A stretch of DNA of 64,000 bases from Octopus sinensis (Eukaryota), in contig NC_043009.1 in NCBI RefSeq assembly GCF_006345805.1, positions 66,588,001 through 66,652,000 of the forward strand, given 5' to 3'. The position numbers and the translations under genes were made by a program. Positions 24,081 to 38,139 of the stretch are shown here, piece after piece. Below the pieces are notes generated by a model. That model was not told the origin of the DNA, did no database searches, and worked only from the letters and a program-made list of their open reading frames with translations. The first letter of the stretch is position 1. The number at the start of each line of letters is the position of its first letter.

Positions 24081-24801
24081 TTTTAACACTATTAGATTTT
24101 AGAATATGTACCAAATTAGGGTTGCCCAAGCCATTAATTAAGTATAGTATTTCGTACGTTTCTTCTTTTGAAGAATAAAGGATATTCTCAAAAATGCTCG
24201 CCATTTAGAAACGATTGCGACCTTCTAAGCCATTGTCATAGATTTAAATCGGTTGAATAACCAGACAAGAAATAACAATGATATTCTCCCGCAAGGACTC
24301 AAAAATGTTGCGGATAGTCGTGTCGATAGGTAACAGTTATCTCTTCATCTCACGCCGCCCAGATTTCTAAACTTCCAGCAAGCGGTACAAAGCACTTAGG
24401 TACACATAAGTACACCAAACTCAATAAACACACAATGAAACGGGTGTTCTCATTGCGTACATTTTTAGATAGAATTTCACATCTTTCAGTACCAAATATG
24501 TGAACAAAAACGTTTTTCTTTCTTTCACACGAAGAGGATGCGCCTTAGACTTCGGTTCCGTAAACAACTGTATTTTTCTATACCAGTTAATGCAAAATGC
24601 TCTTTATTCATTTCATGACTCTCTCATGACTTCGTCAACAATGATAACGTCTATTTTTTGTTTTGGGGATCGAATCAAGGTTTGTGTCCCTCGCCATCGA
24701 GTTTTATAATTTCCTCACCGCATAATTATTCCTAATTAGGTCTACAATCCACAAGGAGGTGAATATGTTGACAGGAATATTTATATATTTTATATTAGAA
24801 A

Positions 24802-25060
24802 GGCGAAGGAGTGGCTGTAAGGTAAGTAGCTTGCTTACCAACCACAACGTTCCGGGTTCAGTCCCACTGCGTTGCACCTTGGGCAGGTGTCTTCTACACG
24901 GGCCGGCCAAAGCTTTGTGAGTGGATTTGGTAGACGGAAACTGAAAGAAGCCTGTCGTATATATATGTGTGTGTGTCTGTGTATGTGTCCACCCAACATC
25001 GCTTGACAACAGATGCTGATGTGTTTACACCCCTGTAACTTAGCGGTTTGGTAAAAGATA
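24802..25060 (+). mobile_element. SINE family B, 3'-truncated
   Basis: ggcgaaggagtggctg...ggttcagtcccactgcg...gacggaaactgaaagaagcctgtcgta-(TA/TG)-caacatcgcttgacaac...acttagcggtt. Confidence 0.9.
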
Positions 25061-25169
25061 TTTATATATATATATACGTACATACACACATATATATATA
25101 CATATATATACATATATATATATGTATATATATATGTACACATATATATATATACATACATACATACAT

Positions 25170-25243
<74 letters not shown>

Positions 25244-26645
25244 CATATATATACATCATATATATATATATCGGTCTCATCACATAATCATTCGTACTTA
25301 GACATTTCGATGCTGTTCTCTTTAGGACTGAAATACCGTTCCTTCATCCTAATCTATTCACTGAATGCTTTTCACTACACAGTATTAAACTATATTATAC
25401 TCAAAGACTTTCCATCTCGTTCTGTATTGTTGTAGTTTTCTTTCTTATATAGTTTTCTTATATTTTCAATCATTATTTAAATCTTCAGAATTCTTGAGAT
25501 TCTGTTCCGCCATAGTCACTTCAATTTTGTAAATTTTCGGCTGACAAACTCTCAATATTGACATCAACTGCTGTATTGATGCTAGCGTTTGCTTGTGCAG
25601 TCATTGAATTACGCTCTGTTTTGTTTGCTTGTCGACTATCTTTACCTCTGTCTCCATTTCTTTCTTTCTCTATTCTCTCACCATTTTTATTCCCTTTTAC
25701 TCTCTCTTTCCCGCTCTCTCCACCTCTCTCTCTCTCTCCAATCCTTTCCTCTGAGTAACTTTTACTGGTTTTTGGGAAACGTCCAACGAAATGCATTGTT
25801 TCCTCTTTCATTCAATGGTCTTTCTTTATTTTCCTCTTTCTAGCATTTAATTTTTCTACTTTATTTTTGCCTGCTGCTTTCATTTCGTTACTTTTGCTAG
25901 ATCTACAAATTCTCTATAACGCCACGGTAGCCAAACTCTTCCCCACCCCCCGTCGCGGATATTTGATAGATTAGATGCGTAGTTCCGCGTCCATGAAACT
26001 CTGAGTAATGACTGTGTGCGACAAACTGCCTACACTCAAATGTATAAGCAGGACCGTGGGGTTCAGAAGTTCGATTCCCAAGCTCGTCTTTCCAGCTTCG
26101 TAGTATTCGGCGTGGCACAAGGACAAGCGTTTTCTATCTCCAAGTTGACCCATAGCTTGTGAGAGGAAGTTGATAGACAAAACCTGTGTGGACGCCCCTG
26201 TTGTATGTGTGAGCACGTATGTCTGTGCGTGTATGTGTGCGCATGCGTGTGTTTACACTAACTCTGGTCCAAGAAAGAATTGTTGTATAAGTTGTGCGTT
26301 TAAGTATGTCTAAAAACAAGACTGATATGAATACGGGGATGAAGAAGATCGACTGAAGACCCTTGAAGATGCGACCGAGCGTGATTGTTGTGGCTGAAAC
26401 TACCGAAAGAAAAGATATTCTTTCATTGGTCGAATCTTTCAAGTGTTCCAACCTTGTCGTTGATATTATTTTGTTTGTTAAGTGTGAACACTTTGACCTT
26501 TCCCTTCGCCAGACAAATTGGTTTTTAGATTCATCAATAACCTGATTAAACTGAATGAAAGTCGGGGGGGGGGCGGAGACGTACCGCAGAAAACTACTTA
26601 ATACCTACTTCTGCGTCTCCAGCTTCTCTATGTCGATTATATATA

Positions 26646-26835
26646 TACTCTTTTACTCTTTTACTTGTTTCAGTCATTTGACTGCGGCCATGCTGGAGCA
26701 CAGCCTTTAGTCGAGCAACTCGACCCCGGGACTTATTCTATCGGTCTCTTTTTGCCGAACCGCTAAGTGACGGGGACGTAAACACACCAGCATCAGTTGT
26801 CAAGCAATGCTAGGGGAACAAACACAGACACACAA

Positions 26836-26894
<59 letters not shown>

Positions 26895-27077
26895 ATTATA
26901 TAATACATATATACGACAGGCTTCTTTCAGTTTCCGTCTACCAAATCCACTCACAAGGCATTGGTCGGCCCGGGGCTATAGCAGAAGACACTTGCCCAAG
27001 ATGCCACGAAGTGGAACTGAACCCGGAACCATGTGGTCGGTAGGCAAGCTACTTACCACACATCCACTCCTGCGCCT
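26646..27077 (-). mobile_element. SINE family B, full length
   Basis: Head aggcgcaggagtggatgtgtggtaagtagc, expanded internal (TA)n, tail (gtaaaaga)n. Confidence 0.92.
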
Positions 27078-28515
27078 ACTATATATATATATATTTTATA
27101 TTTACGCCATAATGTTAATTTGGGTTTCAAAGTGCGGTGGATGATATTGCTTAGCAGAAATGTTCCCATATACAAACCCTTAACTCCGGGTTTGTCGAAT
27201 CGATGCCCTTTTGAAGTCCAGTGTTCCTTTAAAAGCTATCTGGTTTGTGCAGATATACTTACATCGAAAACGAGTATCGTGCATTCATAAGAAATTGTTG
27301 ATAGTACTTTTCAAAAAAAGAAAAGAGAAAATGTTACAAGTTCTTTGATCTGACATATTCTTCTAATTGAGACAAAGACAGAAGCAGAGAGGAAGAGTGG
27401 GAGGAGAGGCATTAACTATGAACGTTTTAAGGTGAAAAGCATCAATCTAAGTGTGATTTTATTCAATGGAAACTAAAGTTTAGTTGTTGTTGTTGAATTA
27501 ACTGAAAGAAAAGAGACAACTGAAGTAGGGGCAGTCATTGTATTCACTAAACATTGTTGGGTATAGGATTTCCAGCGAAGAGCCTCGATCGTTCGGGCTG
27601 AGGATGTAGAGAAGAACTTTCTGTTTTGCTTCCTAAGTAACAAATGGATGTTTAGGGGAGATATTTGTCATCGGTTGAATTCTGTCTCAGTCTCTCCACC
27701 ACAGTAACCGCATCCAGATAGGAATGGACTCCTTTGATGCCATTGTTGGTAAATATTACTTCCCATAAATCTTTGCAAAGCATTGGCAGCATTAATCACA
27801 CCAAGGAACAACTAATAACTGGAATAACCGTCCATCAACTTCATTATGGAGTATAATCTGATGTTATGCCGGTGGTCACATCCAGTGTCTATAGAATTTA
27901 TTACAGCAAGTAGAGCGTTTTATATCTTCAATATGAAGAATTGGCTAAGCATCCACAAGCGGCAGCAGTAATTTATGGTCGTGAGTCTCCGATAACAAGG
28001 CGTTGCTTGCTACTGTTGCTTGTGTTCGTCGTAGAGACACGGGCGGCTGAATAAAACTGTCATCAAGAAACCGATTATTCTCTTTCTTAATAAACATTTT
28101 ATCAAGTGGAGAAAAGAAGCGAGATTTTAGTAGTATTTAGTTTCAGTCCAGTTTATTGGTGGGACATAATACTGAGATGGAATCACCAATAATAGGAACA
28201 ATACAAGCAATGTTAAGAGGCTTTTAATGTAGCTCTGAGTATAAATATAAGAGAGTTGTATTGTTTCAGAGAGTCACGTCGCAAATTTATTGAGGAATGA
28301 AAGTTGAACCAAACATTTAAGCACCTTTTCCAGCAAATAAATGAACGAATACGGAGAGGACGGTGGCTGAATTGCGTGCAGGAAGATCGTGATGATTTGG
28401 TGCAAACTGCGGCGTAGAAATCTCCACAGACTACTTAATGATTACATAATGAATATTTAGATTGCGCTTCGAACCTTTAGACCTGTTCCGTCTAATTAAT
28501 ATGGTGTTTATTACT

Positions 28516-28733
28516 AAGGCATCGATCTGAAAGAATCGTTAGCACGTTGGGCGAAATACTTAGTGGCAATTTGTTCGTTTTCACGTTCTGAGTTCAAATT
28601 CCGCTGAGGTTGACTTTACCTTATAGCCATTCGGGATCGATAAAATAAGTACCGGGTGAGTATTAGGTTCGATGTAATCGACTTACCTTCCCCCCTTGGA
28701 ATTTCTGGCCTTGTGCCAAAATTTGAAATCAAT
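28516..28733 (+). mobile_element. SINE family A
   Basis: aagaatcgttagcacgttgggcgaaatacttag...gagttcaaattccgctgaggttgacttt...tggccttgtgccaaaatttgaaa. Confidence 0.85.
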
Positions 28734-28850
28734 ATGGTATTTATTATTGAAATAATATACAACGTGACTCAAATTAATACAAATGATAGTTCAAATAATG
28801 CAAAAACAACAATTCCTAATTTTGTGTCTTGGGAGGGTTATTGTACCAAT

Positions 28851-28883
<33 letters not shown>

Positions 28884-28937
28884 AATAATAATAATAATGA
28901 TGATGATGATGATGATAATAATAATAATATAATAATA

Positions 28938-28975
<38 letters not shown>

Positions 28976-28977
<2 letters not shown>

Positions 28978-29123
28978 TGCACTACTAGGCACTGCAAACA
29001 TCCTACGCAGAACACTTTCCATACAATAACCATCAGAGCATCACAACAAATCACAGCACATACCCAAGGCACACAGAGCTGCGCTCGGTAGTGAAGTGAA
29101 AGCACGCTATAAAAATAAAACTA

Positions 29124-29126
<3 letters not shown>
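28976..29126 (+). mobile_element. R4/Dong-like LINE, extreme 3' tip (last 17 codons plus 3' UTR) inside (TAA)n
   Basis: 28976-29029 translates IALLGTANILRRTLSIQ*, matching the C-termini KIVLTGTSHVLRRALSM* and KIVLMGTAHILRKILSM* of the two copies at 47.7-49.6 kb. (AAT)n on both sides. Confidence 0.75.
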
Positions 29127-29174
<48 letters not shown>

Positions 29175-29175
<1 letters not shown>

Positions 29176-29712
29176 TGCTCTGGTGCAGTACCAGACAGTG
29201 GCTCTCGTGGCTTCTGATCTTAACTGATTGGAAGTGTTATCATGTACATTGTTTTGTCTTGGTATAAAAGATGGGCTACAGCAAATATTCTGCTCAATAC
29301 CACAGATTTGCTTGTCAGTTGTTTGACCTTAACCAGTTGAGCATGTCCCTCAGTGGCTGACGATATATGCATCTCTGATCACGAGCAGAAGTAGTGGGGG
29401 AGGGCATCATAGCCATGTTTTAAAAGGAATTCTTAGAGGTACGATAATTCACCTTTGGAAACATCCTTAAACAATCCTTATTCACGGACCTTTTGAGCGG
29501 GATGGGCTACTCGACAAGAAGAAAATTCTAACTGAGCCCCACCTACAAGGTCATGCGCTGTTTATCTTGACATAAGATCACCATGTCGCGCACATATGGT
29601 TGTGATGCATGTGCCTGGTGTACCCTTAGCAGACGGGTAGTCATGATGGGTATACTGGGATTCGTATTTTAGCCCAGTGTCACTTTGATGACATGCACTG
29701 CTCTCTCACTCA
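29175..29712 (+). mobile_element. Non-coding ~540-bp element flanked by (TAA)n arrays
   Basis: Near-identical to 47167-47724 (reverse complement). Same ends as the 12771 mini-copy. No TIR, no tRNA boxes, no long ORF. Confidence 0.85.
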
Positions 29713-29715
29713 ATC

Positions 29716-29776
<61 letters not shown>

Positions 29777-29781
29777 TAATA

Positions 29782-29853
<72 letters not shown>

Positions 29854-30756
29854 TGATGATGATGATAAATACGCACAGGTTCGTCAAGGTCTGTCTTGAG
29901 TTCGTCATATTAAATAAATGATTGATTAGTTAGTTGATTAGCTAAGTGAAATTGAAGCAGTGTTATAATTACTGGCGTAATGATCCTCCCAAGATACAAG
30001 GTTTGTTTCAACACATGAATTCACATCAAGAATTTTGCAAGCCAAATACAAAATCGAAGCATTTCCTACGTTCGGTTCGAAAGGCAGCCAATGGCGGATT
30101 TAAATTAGTCAGCAAAGCGTAGACTTTCTTAAACTGGCCAAATTTCTGGGAGAAAAATTGCTCACTTGGATACTAAGCGGTCATTCGGACTGTCACATGA
30201 TTAAAGTCGGTTATTTTTCTATAGTTATATTGAGGAACTACCTGCTTTGGAGAAATTGTAGGGTTCTTGCATAATGAAACTAAGTTGGCAACACGTACTA
30301 ATGCGAAGAATGCGTAACAGAAAGGTGCTTGACTTGTAAATTATAAGCTGCGAAATTGCTAAGAGAATAAGCAGCATAACTGCAATAATTGCCGAAATGG
30401 TAATGAGTCTGCGAGGCTTTTCGATATGGCTGTCATTAAAAGTGGCTATCGCTAATCAATGGGAAGAATGCCTCATAGGAAATTCAATATTCTACTGGTG
30501 GTGCGAGAGGAGCGAAAGTTTGGACTGAAGGGAACCATAAGTGTAGAGAGAAACCAGAATTGCCTTGCTAGGATTCCCAGGAGAAACACCAAACATAGAA
30601 TTGATTCTTTTATTATGTCTATCAAATCAGAATATTTTTGGATTAGGCCGTCCCAGAATGGATTAATTTAATTCCTTATGTACAGAAACGCAGCTGCTGT
30701 TCCCGGTTCTAATCTTGGAACAAGTAATTCAACTAAAGAAACTGATTTCTTATCAT

Positions 30757-30925
30757 AACACAATGCCAGCAATTTCGGGAAAGTGTCTAAGACTATTAAA
30801 TGGACTTCCAGTGCTCAACTGGTTCTTAATTTACTGACCTCGAAAGGACAAAAAGTTAAGTCGACATCGGTGGAATTTGAACCCAGAACGTGAAGACGGA
30901 CGAAATGCCGCAACGCATTTTGCCC
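30757..30925 (-). mobile_element. SINE family A
   Basis: cacaatgccagcaattt...aactggttctta...aagtcgacatcggtggaatttgaacccagaacg...gcattttgcccg. Confidence 0.75.
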
Positions 30926-31444
30926 GTCGCAGGAATGGTTCTGTCTACCCACTGCGCAAAAGTCAATTGGTACAGAGTTGCCAGACCAATTTGGAAAGAA
31001 TACTGCAGGATTGGATGAGACAGGTACTTAAAACATCACCAATGAAAATGGAGACATTAGCTGAGTTGAGTAAAGCATTATTATGATCGTTAGCTTCATA
31101 CATTATTATGATTGTTAGCCTTATACATCTTTTAAAGGTCATTTCCTTCTTGTTCCTGTTATTGTAGCAAGGATTAGAGATGCTGACACCTAAATTCTCT
31201 TTAACCGATGCCCGTGAAGAATATACTTTATTGGGTCTATAGCAAGTTTTGGTCTTCGCTGAACAAATAGAGGTCTCCTAGTGGGGACGACCACGAAAAG
31301 CATCTCCACGTATAGAATAATGGTAGCAATATGTTCATTAATAAGGAAGTTAGAATCGATGTTGTTGTTCCAGATAGAAATTTCTGTGTGATTTCATGCT
31401 TCAAATCCAGCGAAGAAGTTTTGTAGAATGTGATAAGATACGGG

Positions 31445-31640
31445 CATAAGGCGTTAACCTTTGTGGAACGGGGCTAATCGATTATGTCGGCGCGAGTGCT
31501 CGACTAGTACTTATATTATCGACCCCAAAGGGATGAAGACAAAATCAGCCTTGGCGAAATTTGAACTGGGAACGCAAAGGCGGAAGAAATGTCACAAAGC
31601 ATTTTCTCCGATGTGCTAACGATTGTGCCAGGGCCCTACC
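31445..31640 (-). mobile_element. SINE family A
   Basis: atcgattatgtcg...tagtacttatattatcgaccccaaagggatgaag...gaaatttgaactggg...tgctaacgattgtgccag. Confidence 0.75.
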
Positions 31641-32670
31641 TTATGAGATCCCAGAACTGATAGACCTTTAAGTCCCCTTGATATGCATCATGTGTAACAG
31701 CTGGAAACTTAGAACGTCTGGTGAGACCGTGCCCAATTGCGATTGAAAATTCATTATCTGCACCTGGTTGCTGTTGAGGGGACCTAAATTGGAATTGTGA
31801 AACTTTAATTCTGCTGTTGGATGAGAATGCGTTTGAGGGTAATCGTTCTTGCATTGTGGTCGATGTAAAGATAACTCAACCGAGATTGACTATGGCATTA
31901 TGGTAGCCAATGAGATCTTCAAATGGTTGAATTTTGAATCTGAGATAAAGATGAAGTTAACAATCTGCCGAAGAACCATCAAATAGATAAGGCCGAAGAC
32001 GTAATCTATTGATATTATTTTACTGTGGAAAGACATATCCAGAAAAGTACACCCCAAAGTTTTTTTTTGGGGGGGGGGGCTGAACTTGTGAAAACAAAAC
32101 TATTTTCTTTTTCCTTTTTTTTCCAGTCTCTATAAGACTTGCGAAATAAACTAGCAAAATCTAGGGTCTCTGTAAAAGTGCTGCTCTGCAGAGACATGTG
32201 ACCTTAAAAGGAACACCATTCTGATCTGCGGAGGAGAATAGAGAGGTGGAGTCGTACATTCCCTACCTACCTACATTAAATGCTGTAGGCGCGTTTCTGC
32301 CTTTCTTCCTTCGAATGTTCTTGATTTTCTTGCCTTCCGCCTGTATACTTAGTGTATTGACGATGGAATAAACCAGGCTCAGAATTAGGAATCAGGAATC
32401 GCTCGCAGATAATCAATAAAAGTTAAATCAGAAACAAAGCTTCAAGCTGTTCTTCGGATACAATGTCAAACTCCATTATTTTTATGTATTTTGTTACTTT
32501 GCAGCTTAACCACACAACTTCACAGAACAACCAGAAATGATGTGGAGCATCAATTACTATACAACATTAGAAAAATAGGTATGTATCCATGTGTGTATAA
32601 ATATATATATATATATACATGTACACACACATATATTTAAAATATACATAAATATACACTCGTATATGTG

Positions 32671-32725
<55 letters not shown>

Positions 32726-32755
32726 TACTATTAATATTAATATTCTTCCAAACTC

Positions 32756-32800
<45 letters not shown>

Positions 32801-33463
32801 GAGAGAGAGACAGAGACAGAGACAGACGGACAGACAGACAGAGAGGGAGAGAGCGAAAGAGAGACAGATAGAGACAGAGAGAAAGAGAAATATATTAATG
32901 TTCATATATGCATACATACACAAACATATATGTGTACATGTATGTGTGAATGTAAGCATTTATATACATAGACATGCGTATATATGCAATCATGTATGTA
33001 CACATGCATGCATGTCTCTATGTATCTATGTATTCACGTATGTACGCATGTGTGTATGGAACACGATATAGGAAAGAAAAAGAAGAAAGCTCTGTAACGA
33101 TTCGAGGTTTTCACTTCAATTTCTTTATTATTGTGTTGTTGTTGTTGTTTTTTTTCCCCCAATTTTTTTTTGTTTGTTTTCCTCTGATTTTCATTTTGTC
33201 AAACATATCTGGATATCTAATCGGACGTGTTATTGTGCGAGTTAACATAGAGGACATATTAAGATATGCTAAGACGATAAACGAGGCTACTTGATGTCGT
33301 TTAGAAAGGCTATTTAGATGTGTTTACCGTTTGAAGATGCATTGACGAGTGTTCTGTGAGCAGGTCATATATGGAAGCTGAAAGACTTTCATAGAAAACA
33401 TAAGGACAACAAAGATGTCTTGCACACATCTGTATAACACTTTGCATACATACATATATATAT

Positions 33464-33544
<81 letters not shown>

Positions 33545-34165
33545 GTGTGTGTATATATATATATATATATGTGTGTGCACGTACATATATATTATATGTG
33601 GCTCTATGCATCAAATATCTGTTCGTATGTGCAAAGATAGCGTGCGCTATATACGCCTGTGTTATAAATAGGATTGTGTGCGTGTTTTTTGTGCGTGTGT
33701 GTGTGTGTTTGTGTGTATGTGTGTGTGTGTGTGCGCGCGCGTGCGTGTGTGTCTGTGTGTGCGTGTGTGTGTGTGCGCGGCAATGTTTTAATGGAAAGAT
33801 ATTTATCTCAGCTAAATTATTATAATAACACTTTAAACGCGCATTTAAATCTTTATTCGAAAACGTAAAGCAACGCCGACTGATGCATATAAACACAGGA
33901 AGACGCACACACACAAACACTTATAAACACACACACACACAGATATGCAAACACACACACACACACACGCAAACACACACTGGCAGACAAACATGCACAA
34001 AATACTATTTTATGTATTCATGAATTTATGCTGGTATGAATATTTATGTGCATATGGGTATATATATCCATGCATATATATGTGTGTGAGTGTCTGTATA
34101 TGTGTATGATGTGATATGCATAATATATATATACACACATATATATATATATGTATATAAATATA

Positions 34166-34209
<44 letters not shown>

Positions 34210-34229
34210 ATATATTATATATATATATA

Positions 34230-34334
34230 TATACATATAATATACTTATGTATCTCTGTGTATATATTATGTATAAGTGTGTTGTCTATGCGTGTACACG
34301 TGTTTATGCTAAACACATACATATATAAATATGC

Positions 34335-34375
<41 letters not shown>

Positions 34376-34497
34376 TATATATATATATAATATATATATA
34401 TATGTATATATATATATATGCATGTGTATTTATATATATATATATGCATGTGTATTTATATATATATACGTATGTATATACACACATACACACATAT

Positions 34498-34540
<43 letters not shown>

Positions 34541-34642
34541 ACATATAATATACTTATGTATCTCTGTGTATATATTATGTATAAGTGTGTTGTCTATGCG
34601 TGTACACGTGTTTATGCTAAACACATACATATATAAATATGC

Positions 34643-34687
<45 letters not shown>

Positions 34688-34803
34688 TATATATATATAT
34701 AATATATATGCATATATATATGTACATATATATGCGTGTGTATATATATATATATATGCATGTGTATTTATATATATACGTATGTATATACACACATACA
34801 CAC

Positions 34804-34849
<46 letters not shown>

Positions 34850-34860
34850 ATATATATAAT
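34230..34860. repeat. ~310-bp tandem duplication (2 copies) of a TA-microsatellite-rich unit
   Basis: taatatacttatgtatctctgtgtatatattatgtataagtgtgttgtctatgcgtgtacacgtgtttatgctaaacacatac occurs at ~34238 and ~34547. Confidence 0.85.
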
Positions 34861-35237
34861 ACGCATATATATACGTGTAAATATATATACATAGAAACAC
34901 ATTTACAATAATATAACGTGTGTGAGTCCATACGCACATGGATTTAATTGTAGATATATTTTTAGATCCTACATGTGCGAGCGCATGTGTTTGTGAGTAA
35001 AGTGTAGATATATAATGAGAAAATTGTACACGCACGCGTATATATTATGCATTCACACACACACACACACACACAGGCACACACACATACACATGTTCAA
35101 ACACACACATACATATATATACTCGCATAACTTAACGGTTTACAAATTTGTGTATGTATTTATTGACTTGTGTAAGTTTGTATGGATGAGTGCATCTATC
35201 AATGTATGCATATATTTGTGGCTGTAACATTATGTAA

Positions 35238-35284
<47 letters not shown>

Positions 35285-35387
35285 TATATGCGCTCTTTCT
35301 AACACGCACACAGTCACACACACACACAACATACACAACACACATATATACACACGTACATTTTAAAATTCATACCTGCATATATAG

Positions 35388-35436
<49 letters not shown>

Positions 35437-35472
35437 CATACATGCATACATACATACATTTCTATACATATA

Positions 35473-35504
<32 letters not shown>

Positions 35505-35590
35505 ACACAAACATACACACAGCCCACTTATTTTCTTTTATTTTATATTTTAACTTGTCACTATTTTGGGGTACGTATGCTTCGTGTGCG

Positions 35591-35630
<40 letters not shown>

Positions 35631-36544
35631 ATTGTGTGTGTGTGTGTGCGTTTGTGTGTGCATGCGTGTGTGTGTGTGTACGTGTGAGTGTGTGTGTTTT
35701 TTACATATACGTGCTAGTACATGTGGGATACATATGTATACACATTTTCTGAGTTTCCTTGTGTGTATCTGCGCGCGCAAGATGGCAGTCCGGCTTCCAT
35801 TGTCGATGTCAAAGTGTAAGAACGTATATATTCGCGCACGATTGTACGTACGTGTGTGCGTGTACGTGCGCTCGTGTGTGTGCGTGTGTGTAGCAATGGG
35901 TTTTCCCTTATGTATATGTTTACGTGTATACTTACTTGTGAGCAGTTTCCAACTGGTAGTTTGATTCCAACCGCGTGCAAGCCTATGCGTGCACCAAGAC
36001 GTACATGTACAATGCTGTCGAAAAGCTTCTGCCACGGTCGCTGACCTTGCCAGCAGAGAAGCACAAAAACATCTCCAACAATAAATTGACCATTCACCTT
36101 TTATTTGCTTCCTGTTTCACTCCATCTTCCTCTTCTCCTTCGTATCATCTTCTCCCCTCAGAAAGACACTCTCTCTCTCTCTCTTAAATTCATTCCTTTT
36201 CTAAATAGCCAACCATTTGTTTTCTCTCTGATCGCTTCCTTCCTTTTTTTTTATATTTATCTTTTTTGGCATCACCTAATTCTCTGTCATTTCTTGTGAT
36301 TCTCTGCTGCTGCTGCAACCGTTTTCTCATTCCCTGTAGCATCCATTGCATGCGCCGTGCATCCATGCGTTAAGTACGAAGGAAAGCCTTTCTCCTACCT
36401 CGAAGAATTCTCTTGGTCGCAATCTCTGGTTCCCGCGTCATATTTCACAATTTTCCAAGAAATATATTCACCACTTATCCATGTACTCTGCCGTTGGCTT
36501 TCCTGGATTCTATTTCTTAAGGAAGTGTATGTATGATAACTGCC

Positions 36545-36612
36545 ATTCCATCGGTTATGACGACGAGGGTTCCAGTTGATACGATCAACAGAACAGCATG
36601 CTCGCGAAAACA
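36545..36612 (-). mobile_element. SINE family C tail fragment
   Basis: ggttatgacgacgagggttccagttgatacgatcaacagaacagcatgctcg matches the tails at 9205 and 53170. Confidence 0.7.
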
Positions 36613-37018
36613 CCAATATGCTAGTGTGTGTGTGGAGGGATATATACATAGATATTATTATATACATATATGTATATAAACATATAACATCAGCGATCAG
36701 CGGGTTTTTTCAGTTCTTAAACGTCTTCGGCTGACACCTGTCTTGTTGCCCTCCACACTTCTTATCAGAACAGTCGCGGCGTATTGTATGCAATTGTGGA
36801 CTTCGTCCTGGGACGTTCAGCCTTTCTGACGCTACAGTGTTTTTTTATCCTGTCTTTCAAGCTTATTCCACTATATCGACGAAATATCTACCTTTCAAAG
36901 CATCTATTTTCTCATCTATTGTCCTGCACAAGTCTCTGCCCGTAGAGAGCAACTGGGATAATATATTACTTTACTTGCCTCAACTTTAGACGTAGCGATA
37001 TATATATATATACATATA

Positions 37019-37091
37019 TGAAATGGTCAATGCGACGATCACACCCTACACATCTTTCCAAGCTGATATCCTTACACACACACACACACAC

Positions 37092-37159
<68 letters not shown>

Positions 37160-37259
37160 TGTGTGTGTGTGTATGTGTGTGTGTGTGTGCGTGGTGTGTG
37201 TAAGGATATCAGCTTGGAAAGAACATGTGTAGGGTGTGATCGTCGCATTGACCATTTCA
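37019..37259. repeat. 241-bp fold-back inverted repeat with (CA)n-(TA)n-(TG)n centre
   Basis: Unique arms 37019-37074 and 37201-37259 are reverse complements except for one 3-nt indel. Confidence 0.92.
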
Positions 37260-37920
37260 GAGAAAGCTCAACAGAGAAACTGTAGGAAGTGTATGGAGAG
37301 GAGTGTATGGAGAGGAGTGTATGAGCCGAAAAAATATCGATAGTGACGAACATTCTAAGAGACCCGCAACCAGCAGAACTGAGTAAAACATCGCATATGT
37401 GCGTGCAGTTGTGAGGGGAAATCGGTGAATCGCCATCGTGAGTTATCAGAGGATGTGCAGAGTAGTTGAAGTTCAGTTTGTTCAATTATCATTGAAGATT
37501 TGGGCATGAGACGCATGTCTGTCAAGTTTGTGCCAAAACTGCTTCCAGCTGACAAAGCACCTGCCCATTCAGCGCAGCTTGTACAGCAGTTTTGAGCTGG
37601 GCACATCATTTCCACACCCCCGGCAGCCACTCTACTCCCCGAGATCTCGCCCTTTCCGAATTTTTCCTCTTACCAAAAATCAAATCCCGCTTGAAAGGAG
37701 GAAGATTTCAGGTTGTCGAAGAAATCAAAGTGAATACGACCAGCAGCTGCTGATTATACCAGGAAACGAGTTCCAGAAATGCTTCCATCCATGAAAACAG
37801 CGCTGGATTAAGTGTGAGGCTTCCGAAGGGGACTACTTTGAAGGAGATTAAATGCCAAATTGGTACGTGTTGTACTGTTTTGTTTTAAATAGTCCGGATA
37901 CTTATTGATCACACCTTGTA
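37201..37920 (+). mobile_element. Mariner remnant, internally deleted, with 3' TIR
   Basis: Pieces EDLGMRRMSVKFVPKLL (WVPHEL-equivalent) and PHP..LYSP..PF..F (HPPYSPDLAP region). Ends tagtccggatacttattgatcacaccttg-ta. Confidence 0.85.
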
Positions 37921-38102
37921 TATATATGTATATATGTATATATATATAAATTAGAAAAAAAAACCACCTTTTATCAATTCAATAATGAAAAATTAAATTA
38001 TACCATTTAGAAAAATTACATCTTATAGAAATATTAAATATAAGATAAAACATATAACAATGATTAAGTAATATGCAAAATTATAAATAAAACGTATATA
38101 TT

Positions 38103-38104
<2 letters not shown>

Positions 38105-38139
<35 letters not shown>

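Noticed and set aside
25971-26216. GKTSL P-loop-like motif in a short ORF
   Set aside because: Lacks the G/A-x4 spacing of a Walker A motif, and the ORF starts in a microsatellite.
30230-30680. Hydrophobic minus-strand reading frames resembling transmembrane segments
   Set aside because: Interrupted by stops and a frame change, no convincing splice sites; probably the antisense of purine-rich decayed repeat.
31636-31854. 72-aa non-repetitive ORF (MQERLPSNAF...)
   Set aside because: No recognisable domain, and the apparent donor at its end is the head of a SINE.
36340-36530. Acceptor followed by two open frames of ~60 codons
   Set aside because: Two frames are equally open, the donor is ambiguous, no homology was recognised, and it ends in a SINE tail.
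36705-36780. Second hammerhead-like string on the minus strand (CTGATAAG...CCGAAGACGTT)
   Set aside because: Core is mutated and stem II has no complementary 5' arm.
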